This document shows, in pieces, positions 1-15,039 of a DNA stretch of 64,000 nucleotides. Each line of letters starts with the position of its first letter. The first letter of the stretch is position 1. The notes below the pieces were generated by a model. That model made no database searches. It was given only the letters and a program-made list of their open reading frames with translations, and was not told where the DNA came from. Location: assembly GCA_011109175.1 (NCBI GenBank), contig RDEW01000032.1, positions 306,230 through 370,229 on the forward strand, in the 5' to 3' direction. The position numbers and the translations under genes were made by a program. Origin of the DNA: Dicyema japonicum (lineage: Eukaryota > Animalia > Dicyemida).

Positions 1-487
1 TCACTATGATACTGGGAGTGCACACGTAGATGATCATAGGAACCACCATGGTGTTGAACACTTTGGCCCAAACAACATGGATCTGCTAAAAGTTCAAAAA
101 GTTCCCAACCTTTGTACAGTCTCCTTCATAACGATGGCAGCATGCTCCAGGAAACTACATTTGAATTGAAAGTCACTCAAAGTTACCTCTTCCTCCCTCT
201 GACCGCTATTTGAATCCCATAGATGATCATTATAGGAATTAGATTATTAGACCACTTAAGGCAGCCAAAAACTAACAACCTGCATTTTTCAGACTTAAGC
301 CTGAGACTCTGCTATCACAAGGGTATGATTTCATCAACAGCAGCTTGTACCCTCCGACACGCCACATCTGGTAACCACAAGTGATTCCAGAGTAGTATGA
401 AAATTCATTACTCACATTTTTAAGGTGAGGGAGCATCGTTATATATATATAAACGTGGTTGGGCTTAACAACGACCCTAATAGAATT

Positions 488-1007
488 CTAAACAAAATAT
501 ATCGACAACCTTTGCCTCACATAGTTAGTTCTGTCTTCCAAGAAGCAGGAGATCATGCTTTTAGCTCCACTGTATTGTCTCGGCTTTGACATCGCAGGCC
601 GTAGTGCCAAACTGTGTAGACGTCCAGACATCCAGAAATAGCGCAACCGGAACTGCTTCAGCTTCTTTGGTTGCGAATCTGAAAGGTCAATTTCCAGAGG
701 TAGTCGTATACCACAATGTCCATAGTGGTTGGCTAGCACTGAGATAGATAACACTGTCTACCTTGATTTGGACCCTGGTGTTCTCTACTGCATACTGCAC
801 CTTATGAATCCGCAACTTTCTGGTGTGGCATAGTGCCATACATATTGCATAGAGAAGATGAAGACTCCTTATTACCTCGTTATCATCTGTGAAGGAGACA
901 ATCGACAACACTCTTTCCGGGAACTGGGAGTAAACGCTGTCCACAGAATAGGCCCAATTCCACAGTTTTTCCCAGTGCATATAGGTAGAAATGAATATCA
1001 GAAACAT
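488..1007 (-). CDS. Hypothetical spliced gene fragment, product unknown
   Basis: Two overlapping minus-strand ORFs (687-1007, 488-754) are joined by a 23-nt GT..AG candidate intron (gtagacagtgttatctatctcag). No family recognised. Confidence 0.3.
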
Positions 1008-1402
1008 CAGAAAGCATCAAGTTAACGAAAAGATTCTCCCTGCAGCTTGGTCCAAGGTTTTTTAAAGTGTCGGTATATCGAAATCATTACTTTTATTGGT
1101 AAAATTAATTTTTATATTGCACGACTTTTTCACATCAAGATACGAATTCAAAACCATCCAGCATCTCGAAAATATTGGTGACCCTAATGATCCTCAGCTT
1201 CCATATGTGAATGGACTCGATCCTAGGCTGATAGAGCCAAATTTTTGGGAAATATACTTTAACATGCATCCCAAATCATGTTTCGACAATAAGCAAGTGG
1301 AATATCGTCATCAATTCGGTGCGTTTTCTACCACTAAGGATGAAACTAGTGGTGAACAGCAGAGGAAAGTGCATTAGTAAGTCGAATTAAGACTGCATTT
1401 CG

Positions 1403-4400
1403 GGGCAGCCATAAATCAGCTTAAAGGATGATAAACATCGATCCAACGTCCACAAAGATATTTTCATTTAGCACAAACTTCAAGGTCAAGACAATAGCAT
1501 CCAAATTTGGCTCTGCATAAAACTTAGGAGACCAATCGCATCTTTGTCATCAAATGTATATTTAAATGACTTCAACGGTTGACCTAATTTTTCCTTCAAG
1601 GAGAAAAGAAGATCGGAGGTTGTGAACAGCTTTTTGCCTTTCCATTTGATTGTGAGAAGCTCAGTTTTTGTTCTTTCATTTTCAGAAGTCACTTCCAAAC
1701 ACTCCAGGAGCATGAATAATAGCAGTTCTGATATCATTGATACCTCGAAAACAAAATCCAGGTCATCCACATATTTTAATTTTTATAAGTAGGACAATTT
1801 TTAGTTTCCTGATCACGAAGAACAGCGTCATGATAAACGACAAGAGAATTAGTTATAGTGAGTCATTTTAAGTGTCAATGTGCGTATTATTTCTCGAGAG
1901 CGCTCTGAGCCCACCCAGACCACCACTTCAGTGTTTGAAAATAGAACCCGTTTCATCCTCTAACTGTCCTCGTCTAGCAAAGTTTTAGCTCTTTTTCAGA
2001 ATTCACTTAAAAATTGATTTTTGTGCAATTTGACCTATAATTAAACATTATTCAAAAGGTATTAAATTTTTTTGACAAGACATCCTTGTAGAGGATCCCG
2101 ATACCTGGCGGATAAATTCCTCCACCGTTCCAAAGTAAGTCATTCACAAAATTGATGTTCTTAAATAATATTTATTTTATTAAATTATTTTTTTATTTTA
2201 TTTATTTAATCCAATTGTTTGAATAAAATTATTATTAATTATGACGGCAGTAATTAATGTAATAATTTTAATTTTTTGGTTAGTCTTATATTAATTATAT
2301 TGGTATTTAATTTTATAGATGTTCAATTTTATCATCCTAAACTTATCATTTTGCATTTTGACAACACAGATGAGATGTCAAGACATAGAAAGCTATGTTC
2401 CTAGCGAAATGTATTAAATATTAATTATTAAGATTTTGGAAAAATTGTAAAGTTTCGACAACTGACCTACCTGATTATCGAATATATTCGTTAACAATTC
2501 AAAATATTACATTGCAACGTTATGCCAATTTTTCAGTAATAAGGATGAATATAGAATATTTGTATTAAATATTAATTATTCCAAGTAACTGTTTTTTGAT
2601 AAAAGTTTAACATTATGTAGATGATCTAGCTTTCGCATATAACATTCTCGGATTGTTATATATATTATTAAATTTATAGAAATTTCTTTTATTGTGAATC
2701 ACTCAGATTCATAGCGATTGACTTCGCAAAACATTTATCATCTCTTACATTTGTGTACCTTTTTTGTCATTTATTTAGTGACTTTCCTAGAAACATACCT
2801 GTTATTCAAAATTTTTTACTTGTTTCTACTGAAGTTGCATTAAATGAGTATTTTTAATAATAATAATATAGTGTTATCCTTTGCATTGATTCATTCGATA
2901 TTCCAAAGGCGTATGAAATTATATTTAGTATAGATTTAAAGAAGTAAAGATAAATTATGTCTATCCAAAAGGTCAATTGTATATGTTCAAAAGTAATATA
3001 TTTAGACTATACAGCAAGTCCACGTCTAGAATGTGTATTTAATGATATTATTTCAGTCTGTAGTGCACTTAGAGACCGCTACAATGTACTTGGTCTTTGC
3101 AAACTTTGTTGCTAACATTTAAATTAACTTGATCGTTTTTTTCAGGGATTTAAATTGGTGTTAATTAATTCAAATTTATAATGCTTAAAAAAATTATATA
3201 TTAGTATGTCAACTGATTCGTACTGCTGTACCCTTGTATTAGAAAGAATAATTTCATTTCAAAAAACGATGAGGGATGAATCGAATATAATAGATTGTCA
3301 AAGAACTGACAGTTTTTTTCAGATTTGTGCTGAATGACATAAGCATTATCCCAACTCATCATATATAACTTCACCTTTTAAGCTTGCGCACACACGCGGA
3401 CGAGGAATATGTTCATAAATGTATAATACTACGGGGGAGGGTTGATCGAAATCGCGTCTACTCTAAATTGTTATCCGTCAAGGATCGCTTCACAGTTTAT
3501 TCTTAATCGAAGTATCCTGCCCAAGAAGGCCTTATACAACGCTAATAACATATGTTGACAATTTAACTATTTAAGCCGAAACAGCTACGTGGATCTGCAA
3601 AATCACACATCATTCACACCTAATCGCTATGGGGTATTCTCACTTCGATTCATATTGTGATTCTTACGACTACTATCCATAATTGCTCATATGAATGTTA
3701 GTTAGACAATATATTTATATTTTACTATTTTTTACTTTATAAGTTATCAGAGGACGGAAGTTGCTCTATAATATTTAGGTGATTCATTTAATTATGTTAC
3801 TTCCTTTGACGTCTTAAGTAAGACAAAAAACTCCTTTTCCTATTGAGTCTTCCTACTCTGAAACTCCCACATATCCATAGCCGTTTCAGGGGAAATTAAA
3901 AAATCATTAAATACGATATTTTACTCATTGACACACAGATTGGACTGATTTCCATCGCATTTAAAACTGGGTTAATTTCATTCAATGAAGTACTTTAAAG
4001 TCATACCAACCTAATAAATCGTTGGTTAAGATCAACAGCACCTTAACCAGTAGAATTGAAATTTAACCAGATCCTCTTAAAATTAGTACTTGTGGCTACT
4101 TGATCCAGCTTCTCTTGGAATTAGTACCTGTGGCTTCTTCCAGTGACGTCATTAATCCACATTACTCAAGGGACGCCCTATACCTGACCGGCATTCAAAA
4201 AGATCTACCTTTTTATTGTCAAGCTATCAATCGAGTCTCAGGGATTATGACAAATGCAACCCATTTGAGAATTTGGTGAGGAAGTCGAGTGGCAAATTCA
4301 TTAAACGAATCTAAAGGGAATGCATCGGTTCCAGAGAGAAACACCGGGAAAAAGTTGAGATCGATACAGAGAGAGGATAGGGTCACCTCATGGCCTACCT

Positions 4401-5011
4401 GCAGAATTTGTTAATTTTACTCAGCCAAAATGTTGGATTTTAAAAACTGCCTTAAAATCTGAAAGTGATCCACCCTTGGAGTCAGTCTATTTTAGCATCA
4501 GACTGAATATTCTTCAAAGATGTGAGAAATATTCATGAGGTAAAGTAGATCACCAGTGAAATTAGCCATTGCTCTTGTTGTTGTAGTCATGGCATATAGA
4601 CTTCTAGTCACAAATTAAAGCTTATTACATTTAAATTATAGGATCCGAAGTCAGTTATTATCTGTCCTAGATAATGTAAGTCGCAAAACCGTAAGCATCA
4701 TCTATCTATGACTGGAAGCCCGAGAGGGTTGGTAGATAAATAAAGGATTATCTAAAGAGAAGAAACTTTTATATTATATTAAGAAGATATCTTCAAACAT
4801 TAGTCACACGTGGGTCAATTCTTAGCGTTTTGATATTCATCAGATGATTGCTAGTTTTTCTCCGAAGTCACCAAGTACAGGATCTGTGGTGTGTTCAGAT
4901 GACATACTACCATCTGACATATCGAGATGACCTTGAGTATCCAATGAGGATCAAATATCCCAATAGGCATACCGAGGACTCCTCCTAGCACAATTAAAGA
5001 ACATATAAAAT
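1403..5011 (+). repeat. Segmental duplication, copy A (paralogue at 9611-12449)
   Basis: High-identity colinear blocks start at gggcagccataaatcagc in both copies. A-specific inserts at about 3272-3790 and 4128-4640; B-specific segment at about 9700-9946. Confidence 0.95.
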
Positions 5012-5869
5012 TGGTGGAAGTTTTTTAGTTTTGCTAAATTCGCTAAGTCAATCATTCTACAACAACTCACCTCGAACAAAAGAAAAATTTTATATTCGGT
5101 TTTAAAAATTAGAGTACGAGTCCTGGACCTTTGATCTATCCTTGAAACAATTAACCCAACCCTTTACTTCTCAACAAATTTAACTAAGAAACTTCCCTTG
5201 CTTTTTGTCTATACTCGAGAGAAATACGTCCTTCTCTTTTCGGAAGACGGAGCTACTGACAGAATCGCAGGATTCAATTGGATAATGGATCACGTAAACA
5301 GAAATCGATGATGTCCGTCATTGATTTCGATTCGTAAGAAGTAAGTTGCATGAAAAAAACAGGTAGAATGATATTGTAGAACATGACAAGGCGGAACTCT
5401 AAGTATTCAAATATTATAGGTCAAATTTTATTTGTGATCAAATATCAAATAGAACTTATTATCGAAATAAAATTGTTTGTAAAAAACGATCGATGCTTTT
5501 TATGGACCTCAAATTTTATTTGTGATTTGGAATTTTGTGCTTTTTAGTCTATTAACCATAACGTCAGCTCACCCATAATTCAATCGCTGGACTAACAATT
5601 GTTAATTGATTTTATCAGTAGCTTGGCTATTTAGACATGTTCTGCATATTGAGGGGGTAACCAAGTGACCTTATTATGGATGACTTTTGCAATCAATATA
5701 AAATTGGAAGTTTTCACGTACTTTTAGGAATTACACCTTCATCTGTTTGGATCATGATTATGTCGAATTGGTGAGCAAATAACAAAGTGGATAATCTTGA
5801 TGAAACACGGAAATCTGATAACAGGAAAGTTGGGAGGATTAAACTAACATGATGGGTAGTATGGAGTAC

Positions 5870-6720
5870 TGAATGACAAAAAACTATAATTTATATGTTT
5901 TTAGCAAAAGCGAGAGTGCTATTAACTCAATACTAAAGCCATCCTTCATGTCGCTACTAGCGGTGGGGTCAATTCTTATATTTTTATTTACCTGGCCTAA
6001 GAAGCTGTCAGAAACGTGCATTCAAATAAAATTTAAATTCCAATCTAAAAACACATACTTATTATAGATCAAATTATTTTTAAACTAGTCCATAAAAAAA
6101 TAATTACTTTTTCATTCTTTTGGCGTTGCCAATTTTCCTACAGATTCACTAGAATCCTGCTGGAAAGTCGCACTGGTAGGGAAGGAGACGCTAATTGTCA
6201 GACAAGACTATATATAGGAGATTCGCAATTTTCACAGGTTTATGATTTATTTCCCTACCTTCAGCATTCAAATTAGTTCAACTTTCCGTAAGTTTCTCTT
6301 AATGGAAACTTTTTAGTATACCTCCCAGTATGACACAAGTCTCACTCAATATTACGCCAACGATTTTTAGCCACATATAACTTTTTTGACATTGGGACTA
6401 TCACTTTAAAATAAAATTCATTCAATACGAGATAGATATATTTTAATCAACCTAAAAGCAGCTATAAACAGAAGAGCTCTGACATTGTTAGTCCCGGACA
6501 ATGTCCTGATCCCTTCAGCAGTAAAAATATGTCTCAAAATTAAAAAAAGCTAATTCAAACATTAATATAAGACATTTCTGAAAACTCAGATACTAAAACA
6601 ATAATTGCAATATTTCTCCAAACTATTACCTTATGTCAATTTATTCAACGAAGTAAATACTTTTTGCGCGAAGCACTATTAAGTATTAACATAAATTGAC
6701 TTGAAAAATCTGTCTGTAAC
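5870..6720 (+). pseudogene. Copy 1 of an unknown multi-copy spliced gene family (family B)
   Basis: Shares blocks with 17000-18500 (e.g. cagaaacgtgcatt) and the ...ttttcacag|gttt intron acceptor. Stops and frameshifts present. Confidence 0.6.
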
Positions 6721-7894
6721 ACTTATTGTATTAAATAAAAAAGTATTGTTTTTTAATGATAATTAGATAATATCTGTAAGTTAAGCCGCATAAATGGCCA
6801 GGCTGTTTTTTCTGACAATTTCTATCTAGATACGCTCTCGAAATCAATGTGTCTTTCCTTGATCATTATGGATCATTGAACCAATTTCCAGAAAAGATCG
6901 ACCTCTCGCGATGCTAGTTGAAATTCCTTAGATCAATAAAGTGCTCATGGTTTTCATGTCATTGACTAGTCAACTGACTCAATTTTCGAATTTCATTAGA
7001 TTACACATAAAAACAAAAGAGATTTCATTCAAATAATGTTAATTCAAAGCGGATGAAAAAATCTTTAGCGAAATTCAGTAAATCATTGTACAATTTCGAT
7101 TTTATACGAACAGGAGACCATCGTAAGCGCTGTTGGTTTTTTGAGAGAATCTTGCTCGCCATCCGGAGAGGAAATAGCCATGCAGTCATGGCAGCCGCTA
7201 TATAACCGATTACTCTCTTTTCTTTCCTTAATAAAAAATAAATAAAAAATAAAAGCATTATAAAAGACTTAATTTCGATGATAAAAATACATGAAGACTA
7301 CTAATCTGAGTCTGATAGATCTCCTCCTAGGAATTCACGAAAACAATGAGGCGAAGTTAATCAATAAAAGTTGTGTGATTTACAAATTTATTTCCATAAA
7401 TTTTGTGAATTGTTCAAATCAAAAAGTATGTCCATTTATATCAAAAAATAAATTATTTTCAAGATTTAGAAATCTAATGGAAAATAAGGAGAATATAGAT
7501 TTCAATGTTAATTTTCTGATTTTTACGCCTTTTACAGAGTCGAGTGATCAAATAGAAAGAATGTTCGCCAAGAACAAGGGAATCAACATTTTCATTCATC
7601 TGATTAGAGAATTGGCATTGGCGATTCTTTCTAACACCCTCACCATCGACTCCATGTGTAGGCACAAGCACATTAATTTCTGTGAACGGTGGAGTTTTCT
7701 AGGTCAACTTTCAATTTAATTTATTATTTTATAATTATTTAAAGCAACAGTTAACAAATGTTGAATCGCTCTTAATTGAGAACGCATTTCCTATTACGAT
7801 TTCAAGGATATGCTTTTCCTCTTACTCTTTTATCATTCTTCCTTTTCGCAATGAGCGAACGATCCTGTTTACCAGGATGAGTGATCTGCTTTCT

Positions 7895-8760
7895 ATTAAC
7901 CCCGGATACAACGAGAAAGAAGCTAAAGTAAACAAGTAGATAAGTATAGCCAATTTCCACTTCTACAGAAACAGTCTCCATCCGGAATCAGCATAAAGAG
8001 TAAAAGACGTGCATTATTTGGCGTGTAGCACCACATGGCGTCACGCGGCAACCGTTTATGTTTTAGATACATCGTTTTATAATATACAAAATCCTGGAAT
8101 CTTAATTTAGTAAACAATAAGGTCATTCTGAAACAAGATGCCGTCACATCGTAAGATTCTCACTTAACAAAGAATACACAAGAAAAAGAATGAAAATCAA
8201 ACGACATTTCAGCAATTGTGGAATCAACTGAAATTGTCATTTCTTCGTTCGATCATTCATTGTTAATGGAATGCCAGGCAACATCCTGTGATGTGGGATG
8301 TCATATTCCATTCTTCACAAATGTTAACGAAAGATAAAAATTCTATTTTTTAAGGTAAATATTCTGGTCTCGATCGAATTCGATAAAAACAAGCAAGAAT
8401 ACAACAATGTAAATCTCGAATAATTTTACCATTTTCTCCGAATAGTTTCGAAGTTCAAGTATCTTACTCTTGATTCCATTTAGATTCAGTTGAACTATCC
8501 AGCTGATATAGGGTTTGGTTCAACATTTCCACATAAGCATAGTTCTTCCTTGTTGCTCCATCTCCTTTCTTTCAAATACCACCGCGTCGTCAAGGAGTCA
8601 CATTAGATTTAATTGGAATTTTAATTTATTTTATTTATTTATTAACTCCGGATACATCGAGAAAGAAGTTAAAGTAAACAACTAATTAAGTGCATCCAGT
8701 TTCCGATTCTACAGAAACAGAGTCCATCCGGAATCAGCATAAAGGGTAAAAGACGTCTAT
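7895..8760 (-). mobile_element. Two direct copies (about 7895-8010 and 8643-8760) of a retroelement-like fragment
   Basis: Shared about 110-nt block (ccggatac...cggaatcagcataaag). Minus frame gives TLYADS, resembling a degenerate RT YADD motif. The second copy runs into a (TAAA)n-like tail at 8605-8645. Confidence 0.5.
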
Positions 8761-9053
8761 AGTTGCAGTTGTGGAAACCCTCCAGTGTAATGGGGAAGAG
8801 CAAATGATCCTTTTTCGTGCCGGCCTTGCACTGGGCTCCACCAAGACAGGTGGATCACATGACGCTACTGTAATAGAAAGAGAGAGGAGAACAGACGAGC
8901 AAACAGAAACTTTGACCAATTAACGACAAAGCACCACATAATAAATAATTAAATCGATTTAAAAAAATTTCTTTAAATTTCTAAATAACAAATTATTATA
9001 ATTGCCGTTTTTGTATTGAAATTTATTTCCAAAGACCATAGTTAAAGACAAAA

Positions 9054-10230
9054 TCAAGAAATTATGTGATCCCGGCGAATTTCAATAGGGCTCTCTGCTT
9101 GGACTGGTGGTCTTCTCTTGATCCAACACAAGCACGCAGTTGACGAGTGATCCTCTGGTATCGATAAGTTTGGCCTTTTTTTCTTCTTAGGTCTTCCAAG
9201 GAAGTATGCGTAGAATTTATATCGCTTTTGATCCAGTTTTCTAATACGGAAATCGCTCTTTTTTAGGTTGCCACAATTCTCTAGGCATTCGTCCAAGAAA
9301 TTGAGGGGCCCATGATGCACATGAATATGGTATGCTTGTCCGACAAACTGGCTGTCTAGTGATTTCAAAGCGGGATTACTTCCGATCTTCCATAAACCAG
9401 AGATCGCCTTCAAGAGGTTGATTTTCTATTCACATTTGTTTAAAACATTTCTCACGTGGCGCAAGAAAGTCAAATGGGTGTCGAATTCTACTCCCATGAT
9501 CTTCTGCTATTTTTGGAATGGCAACTTGCTTTCTTCTGCTTCTATATTCACTGTTTTGTTGAATATTTTCTTATCAGAGGTAAGGAGAGACAAAACCGAT
9601 TTTCCGGACTGGGCAGCCATAAATCAGCATAAAGGATGATAAACATCGATCCAACGTTTACAAAGATATTTTCATTTAGCACAAACTTCAAGGTCAAAGC
9701 GAGGCTTTTCATCGTCAGAAAGTTGCCAAATTTAGCACATAGATAAAATTCAACCAAGCATTTTCTTCTATCCCTGTTGAATCAGGCCTTTTTCATCCAA
9801 ATTGCTCTCAAGTAACTCTTTCTTTTTTAAAAACATATCTTAATCCGATTTCAGATTATTTAAGTCATTCGGATCATTAAGGATTATGTCCATAACTCCA
9901 CAGATCCTGATGGTAACAGAGAATAATAGTAAGGAGAATATCCAACAATAGCATCTTAATTTGGTTCCGCGTAAAACTTAGGAGACCAATCGCATCTTTG
10001 TCATCAATGTATATTTAAATGACTTCAACGGTTGACCTAATTTTTCCTTCAAGGAGAAAAGAAGATCGGAGGTTATGAACAGCTTTTTGCCTTTCCATTT
10101 GATTGTGAGAAGCTCAGTTTTTGTTCTTTCATTTTCAGAAGTCACTCTCCAAACACTCCAGGAGCATGAATAATAGCAGTTCTGATATCATTGATACCTG
10201 AAAACAAAATCCAGGTCAACCACATATTTT
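9054..10230 (-). mobile_element. Non-LTR retrotransposon RT remnant (I/Nimb-like)
   Basis: Minus-strand GVEFDTHLTFLRHVRNVLNKCE*KINLLKAISGLW matches the LINE RT thumb pattern LGV.fD..Ltf..Hi; an upstream IILYAD resembles YADD. Confidence 0.6.
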
Positions 10231-12449
10231 AATTTTTATAAGTAGGACAATTTTTAGTTTCCTGATCACAGAGAACAGATTCTAGATAAACGACAAGAGA
10301 ATTAGTTATAGTGAGTCATTTTAAGTGTCAATGTGCGTATTATTTCTCGAGAGCGCTCTGAGCCCACCCAGACTACCACTTCAGTGTTTGAAAATAGAAC
10401 CCGTTTCATCCTCTAACTGTCCTCGTCTAGCAAAGTTTTAGCTCTTTCAGAATTCACTTAAAAATTGATTTTTGCGCAATTTGACCTATAATTAAACATT
10501 ATTCAAAAGGTATTAAATTTTTTTGACAAGACATCCTTGTAGAGGATCCCGATACCTGGCGGATAAATTCCTCCACCGTTCCAAAGTAAGTCATTCACAA
10601 AATTGATGTTCTTAAATAATATTTATTTTATTAAATTATTTTTTTATTTTATTTATTTAATCAATTGTTTAAATAATATTATTATTAATTATGACGGCAG
10701 TAATTTATGTAATAATTTTAATTTTTTGGTTAGTCTTATATTCATTATATTGGTATTTAATCTTATAGATGTTCAATTTTATCATCCTAAACTTATCATT
10801 TTGCATTCTGACAACCCAGATAAGATGTCAAAACATAGGAACCTATATTCGTACCGAAATGTATTAAATATTAATTATTAAGACATTGGAAAAATTGTAA
10901 AGTTTCGTCAACTGACCTACCTGAATTTCGAGTAAATTATTTATCAATTCAAAATATTACATTGGAACGTGATGCCAATTTTTCAGTAATGGGGATGAAT
11001 ATAGGATATTTGTATTAAATATAAATTATTCCTAGTTACTGTTTTTATGATAAAAGTTTAACATTTGTAGATGATCTAGCTTTTTCATATAACATTCTCG
11101 GATTGTTATATATATCATTAAATTTATAGAAATTTCTATGTTTGTAAATCCCTCAGATTCATAGCTATTGACTTCGCAAAAAATTTATCATCTCTTACAT
11201 ATGTGTACCTTTTTTGTCATTTATGTAGTGACTTTCCTGGAAGAATACGTGTTATTCAAAATTTTTTAATTGTTTCTACTGAAGTTGCATTAGATGAGTA
11301 TTTTTAATAATAATAATATAGTGTTATCGTTTGCTTTGATTCATTCGATTTTCCAAAAGCGTATGAAATTATATTTAGTATAGATTTAAAGCAGAAGAAA
11401 ATGAATTTATGTCTATTCGAAATGATAAATTGTATATGTTCATAAGTAATATATTTAGACTATACAGCAGGTCCACGTCTAGAATGTGTATTTAATAATA
11501 TTATTTCAGTCTGTAGTGCACTTAGAGACCGCTACAATGTACTTGGTCTTTGCAAACTTTGTTGCCAACATTTATATTAACTTGATCGTTTTTTCAGGGA
11601 TTTAAATTGGTATTAATAATTCAAATTTATAATGCTTAAAAAATTATGTATTAGTGTGTCAACTGATTTGTACTGCTCTACCCTTGTATTAGAAAGAATA
11701 ATTTCATTTCAATGGTTCTTTTATTGTTGTTACTTCCTTTGACGTCTTAAGTAAGTACGAAAAATTCCTCTTCCTGTTGAGTCTTCCTACTCTGGGAAAT
11801 CCCACATATCCATTGCCGTTTTTGGAAAAATTAAAGAATCATTAAACACGATATTTTACTCATTGAAACCTCACAGATTGCACTGATTTCCATTGCATTT
11901 AAAACTGGGTAATTTCATTCAATGAAGTACTTTAAAGTCATACCAACCTAATAAATAATTGGTTAAGATCATCATCACATTTACCAATAAAATTGAAATT
12001 TAACCAGATTTTCTTAGAATTAGTACTTGTGGCTACTTGATCCAGCTTCTTTTGGAATTAGTACATTTCAGGATTCAGAGTCAGTTCTCAATCTGTTCTA
12101 GATAGTGTAAGTCGCAAAGCCGTAGTATCATCTATTTAAGACTGGAAGCCCGAGAGGGTTGGTAGATAAATAAAGGAATATCTAAAGAGAAGAAATTTTT
12201 ATATTATATAAGGTAGATATCTTCAAACACGAGTCTCACGTGGGTCAATTCTTAGCTTTTTGATATTCATCAGATGATAGCTAGTTTTTTCTCCGAAATC
12301 ACCAAGTACAGGATGTGTGGTTTGTTCAGATGACATACTACCATCTGACATATCGAGATGACCTTGAGTATTCAATGAGTATCAAATATCACAATAAGCA
12401 TTCCGAGGACTCCTTCTAGCACAATAAAGGAACATAGAACATATAAAAT
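9611..12449 (+). repeat. Segmental duplication, copy B (paralogue at 1403-5011)
   Basis: Direct visual alignment with copy A across about 2.6 kb. Confidence 0.95.
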
Positions 12450-13379
12450 AAATCCAAAGTATTCGGTGCCTCAAGGACACTCAAAAAATGCTTATTTGAG
12501 TCAAAAATCACAATTATAATAATTTAGTTTTAGTAGCACTCACTCTTCCAAAAAACCACACTTAAATTACCACACTCTATCAGTTCCATCAAACTCCTAC
12601 AATATCCACTGACAACCCAGGCACTATAAGCAATCTTTCACACTAAAGAAAACACAGTAGATAGGTGGCCTTCCTGTTGTGGTTCCTCAACTCACTTCTC
12701 CAAATCAGATAACCTCCAGGGACAGTCATAACTTTATAAATAACCAATTAAACCAGCAAACAACAGATACATTCACGAGAGATGCAAACCCAGTAAGCAA
12801 CTCAGTAGTGGGATTGTCATTAAAAGTTGGTTATTGAGGATTCACTTGTTTGAATACCAAAGCTACACATTTCATCGACAGAACTATAGGCCAACATCAG
12901 TTACCCTTGTTGGTCTCCATCATCTATCCCTCAAAATCACAAAATCCTTGTGACCTTAATATTAGGATGATGACTATCTTTAAGTGTCCTAAAGGGATGA
13001 CAGTCTGGGAGAGTCAACAATTTAACGGTGATAGTGCATGATCATATGACCACATAATGGTATAACTGGATAAAGCTGTGAATCCCCCATTTGACTACAA
13101 CTACTACCAATGCTATAACACGTGGTTATTACTCTTAGTGATATTTTCTAAGGCATCTCTGATTTTGATCTCAGTTCCTTATGAACCCTCACTCTGGTGA
13201 CGGCACTAACATAGTGACGGTAGAGAAATACCGTGGGATTGAGTAGTCAGGATTCCAATAAAGAGCTTTGGTAAGTTCATCTGGTCCCTCGTGGTACCAG
13301 GTCACGGAGTTCTAAACTCTCTGTTTGGAATCTCCAGGGATCTTGAAGATGTCATCATTACAACCAGATTGCTTCTGAA

Positions 13380-14700
13380 GGTAGACTTCTAATATTTATA
13401 ATAAGAAATTTCATAAGAGTTGCATACTCATTTTTCGCAGGTTTACGATGTATATCCATAGCTCCTGTATTCAATGTTGTATTAGTTTTTTCAAGTATCT
13501 TAATAAAAAACCTTTAGTATTACGCGTAGTATTACCAGATATTACACAACCAATTATGCCAACAATTTTTAACGTCCTATATAAAGCTGTCTCTACATTC
13601 GGAATTTACGATAAATAAAAATTATTCAAAGCGACATAAATACTATTTAATCCAAGCAGCAGTCATATGAATAGAAGAGGTATGAGATCGGGATGAAGCA
13701 ATGTCTGACAAAATCCTAATCTCATCATCGGTAAACGGAGTTCTAATGAGAAACAAATACATGAAACATATATAAACACTGAACAATAAAAGTGAAGAAT
13801 ATTACTGTAGTTTCAAATTCAATCATTGGTATTTGTTACTAAAGCATTCTTTTCAAAATATTTTATCCTCAAATAAACGAAAATTTTACAAGCAACTCAT
13901 CATCTCTTTAATTAATCTGCATTTTGGTTAATATTGTTATATTTGGGTTAACGTCAAAGTTATAAATTACTCTATTTAAATACCACGGTTATCTTGCCAG
14001 GTATTAAAGTCAAAATAATATGTTATTGACTTCTATTGGCGTAGAAAAACTGTCTCGAATTATTATGATTTTAAACAATCTCATTTATTAGGAAAATTAC
14101 GTAACCAATTGTTTGAATTCATATTCGCAGATTCGAATTTTTTTCTTCATCTAATGCATACGAAAAGCAAATAAGTTCCAATTGCTTTGTTTCATCGATT
14201 TGTATTCTTAGTGTAACATTTTCATCGATGACTTCAAATGATCATTTTTCGTCCCATTTGCACTTGGTATCACCTGAGACAAGTAGATCACATAAAACTC
14301 ATGTCTAATTCATTTATGTCTCCACATTCTTGCCTTACTCCATAATGATATATTCCAAAAACTAATATACTTTCTTTGGAATGAATACATGTGCATTCTG
14401 ACATCATATTTTTCTATTTACTCGGCAAGATACCATAACATCTGGTCTATGAGGTTAAATGCACATTCAATACTTGAGAACCCTGAAATACTGATCTGCA
14501 TAGAATATTTGATTGATCTTTTATATAACCAATAGGCGATAAATTAGTTTAAACGGATTGTGATAACTTAAAATTTTTGATTGTAAACCTGTTTTTAAAT
14601 TTTCCTTCAAAGACTGATAAAAATTCAAAAATTTAAATTTTTTCGGGAATTTTACTTTCTGTCGATATTTAGAAATAATTTACCTGAATCCAAAATAAAA
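13380..14700 (+). pseudogene. Family B copy 2
   Basis: 13440-13900 aligns with the reverse complement of 29950-30420; conserved acceptor ...tttttcgcag|gtttac. Confidence 0.75.
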
Positions 14701-15039
14701 GCTCATTGGTTTGCCCCGTCATGGATGACTCAACTACTAGTACATCCCAAATTTTCTTACTTTTTTATGTGCTTTCAAAAGTAAATTTGTGTCAATTAAT
14801 TTTTGTAACTACTTAGTTATATAAAGCAAGTTATATTAGTTATACGCTCTACTAGCTCCTGTAGCAAACCGGTTGGTAACAAAAAATTAACAACCAAAAG
14901 TGTAAGCCAAGATCAGTTAGATTTGTCTAGTATGGTGTAGAACTCATAACAGGATAAAGAGGTGACCCGACTTGTGGTTATAATTTCAGTTAACCGAAAA
15001 AAAGACGAATATTTGAAAGCAATTTATTGTTAATAATAA

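Noticed and set aside
7291-7719. 142-aa ORF as a gene
   Set aside because: No recognisable motif, no intron support, low-complexity composition.
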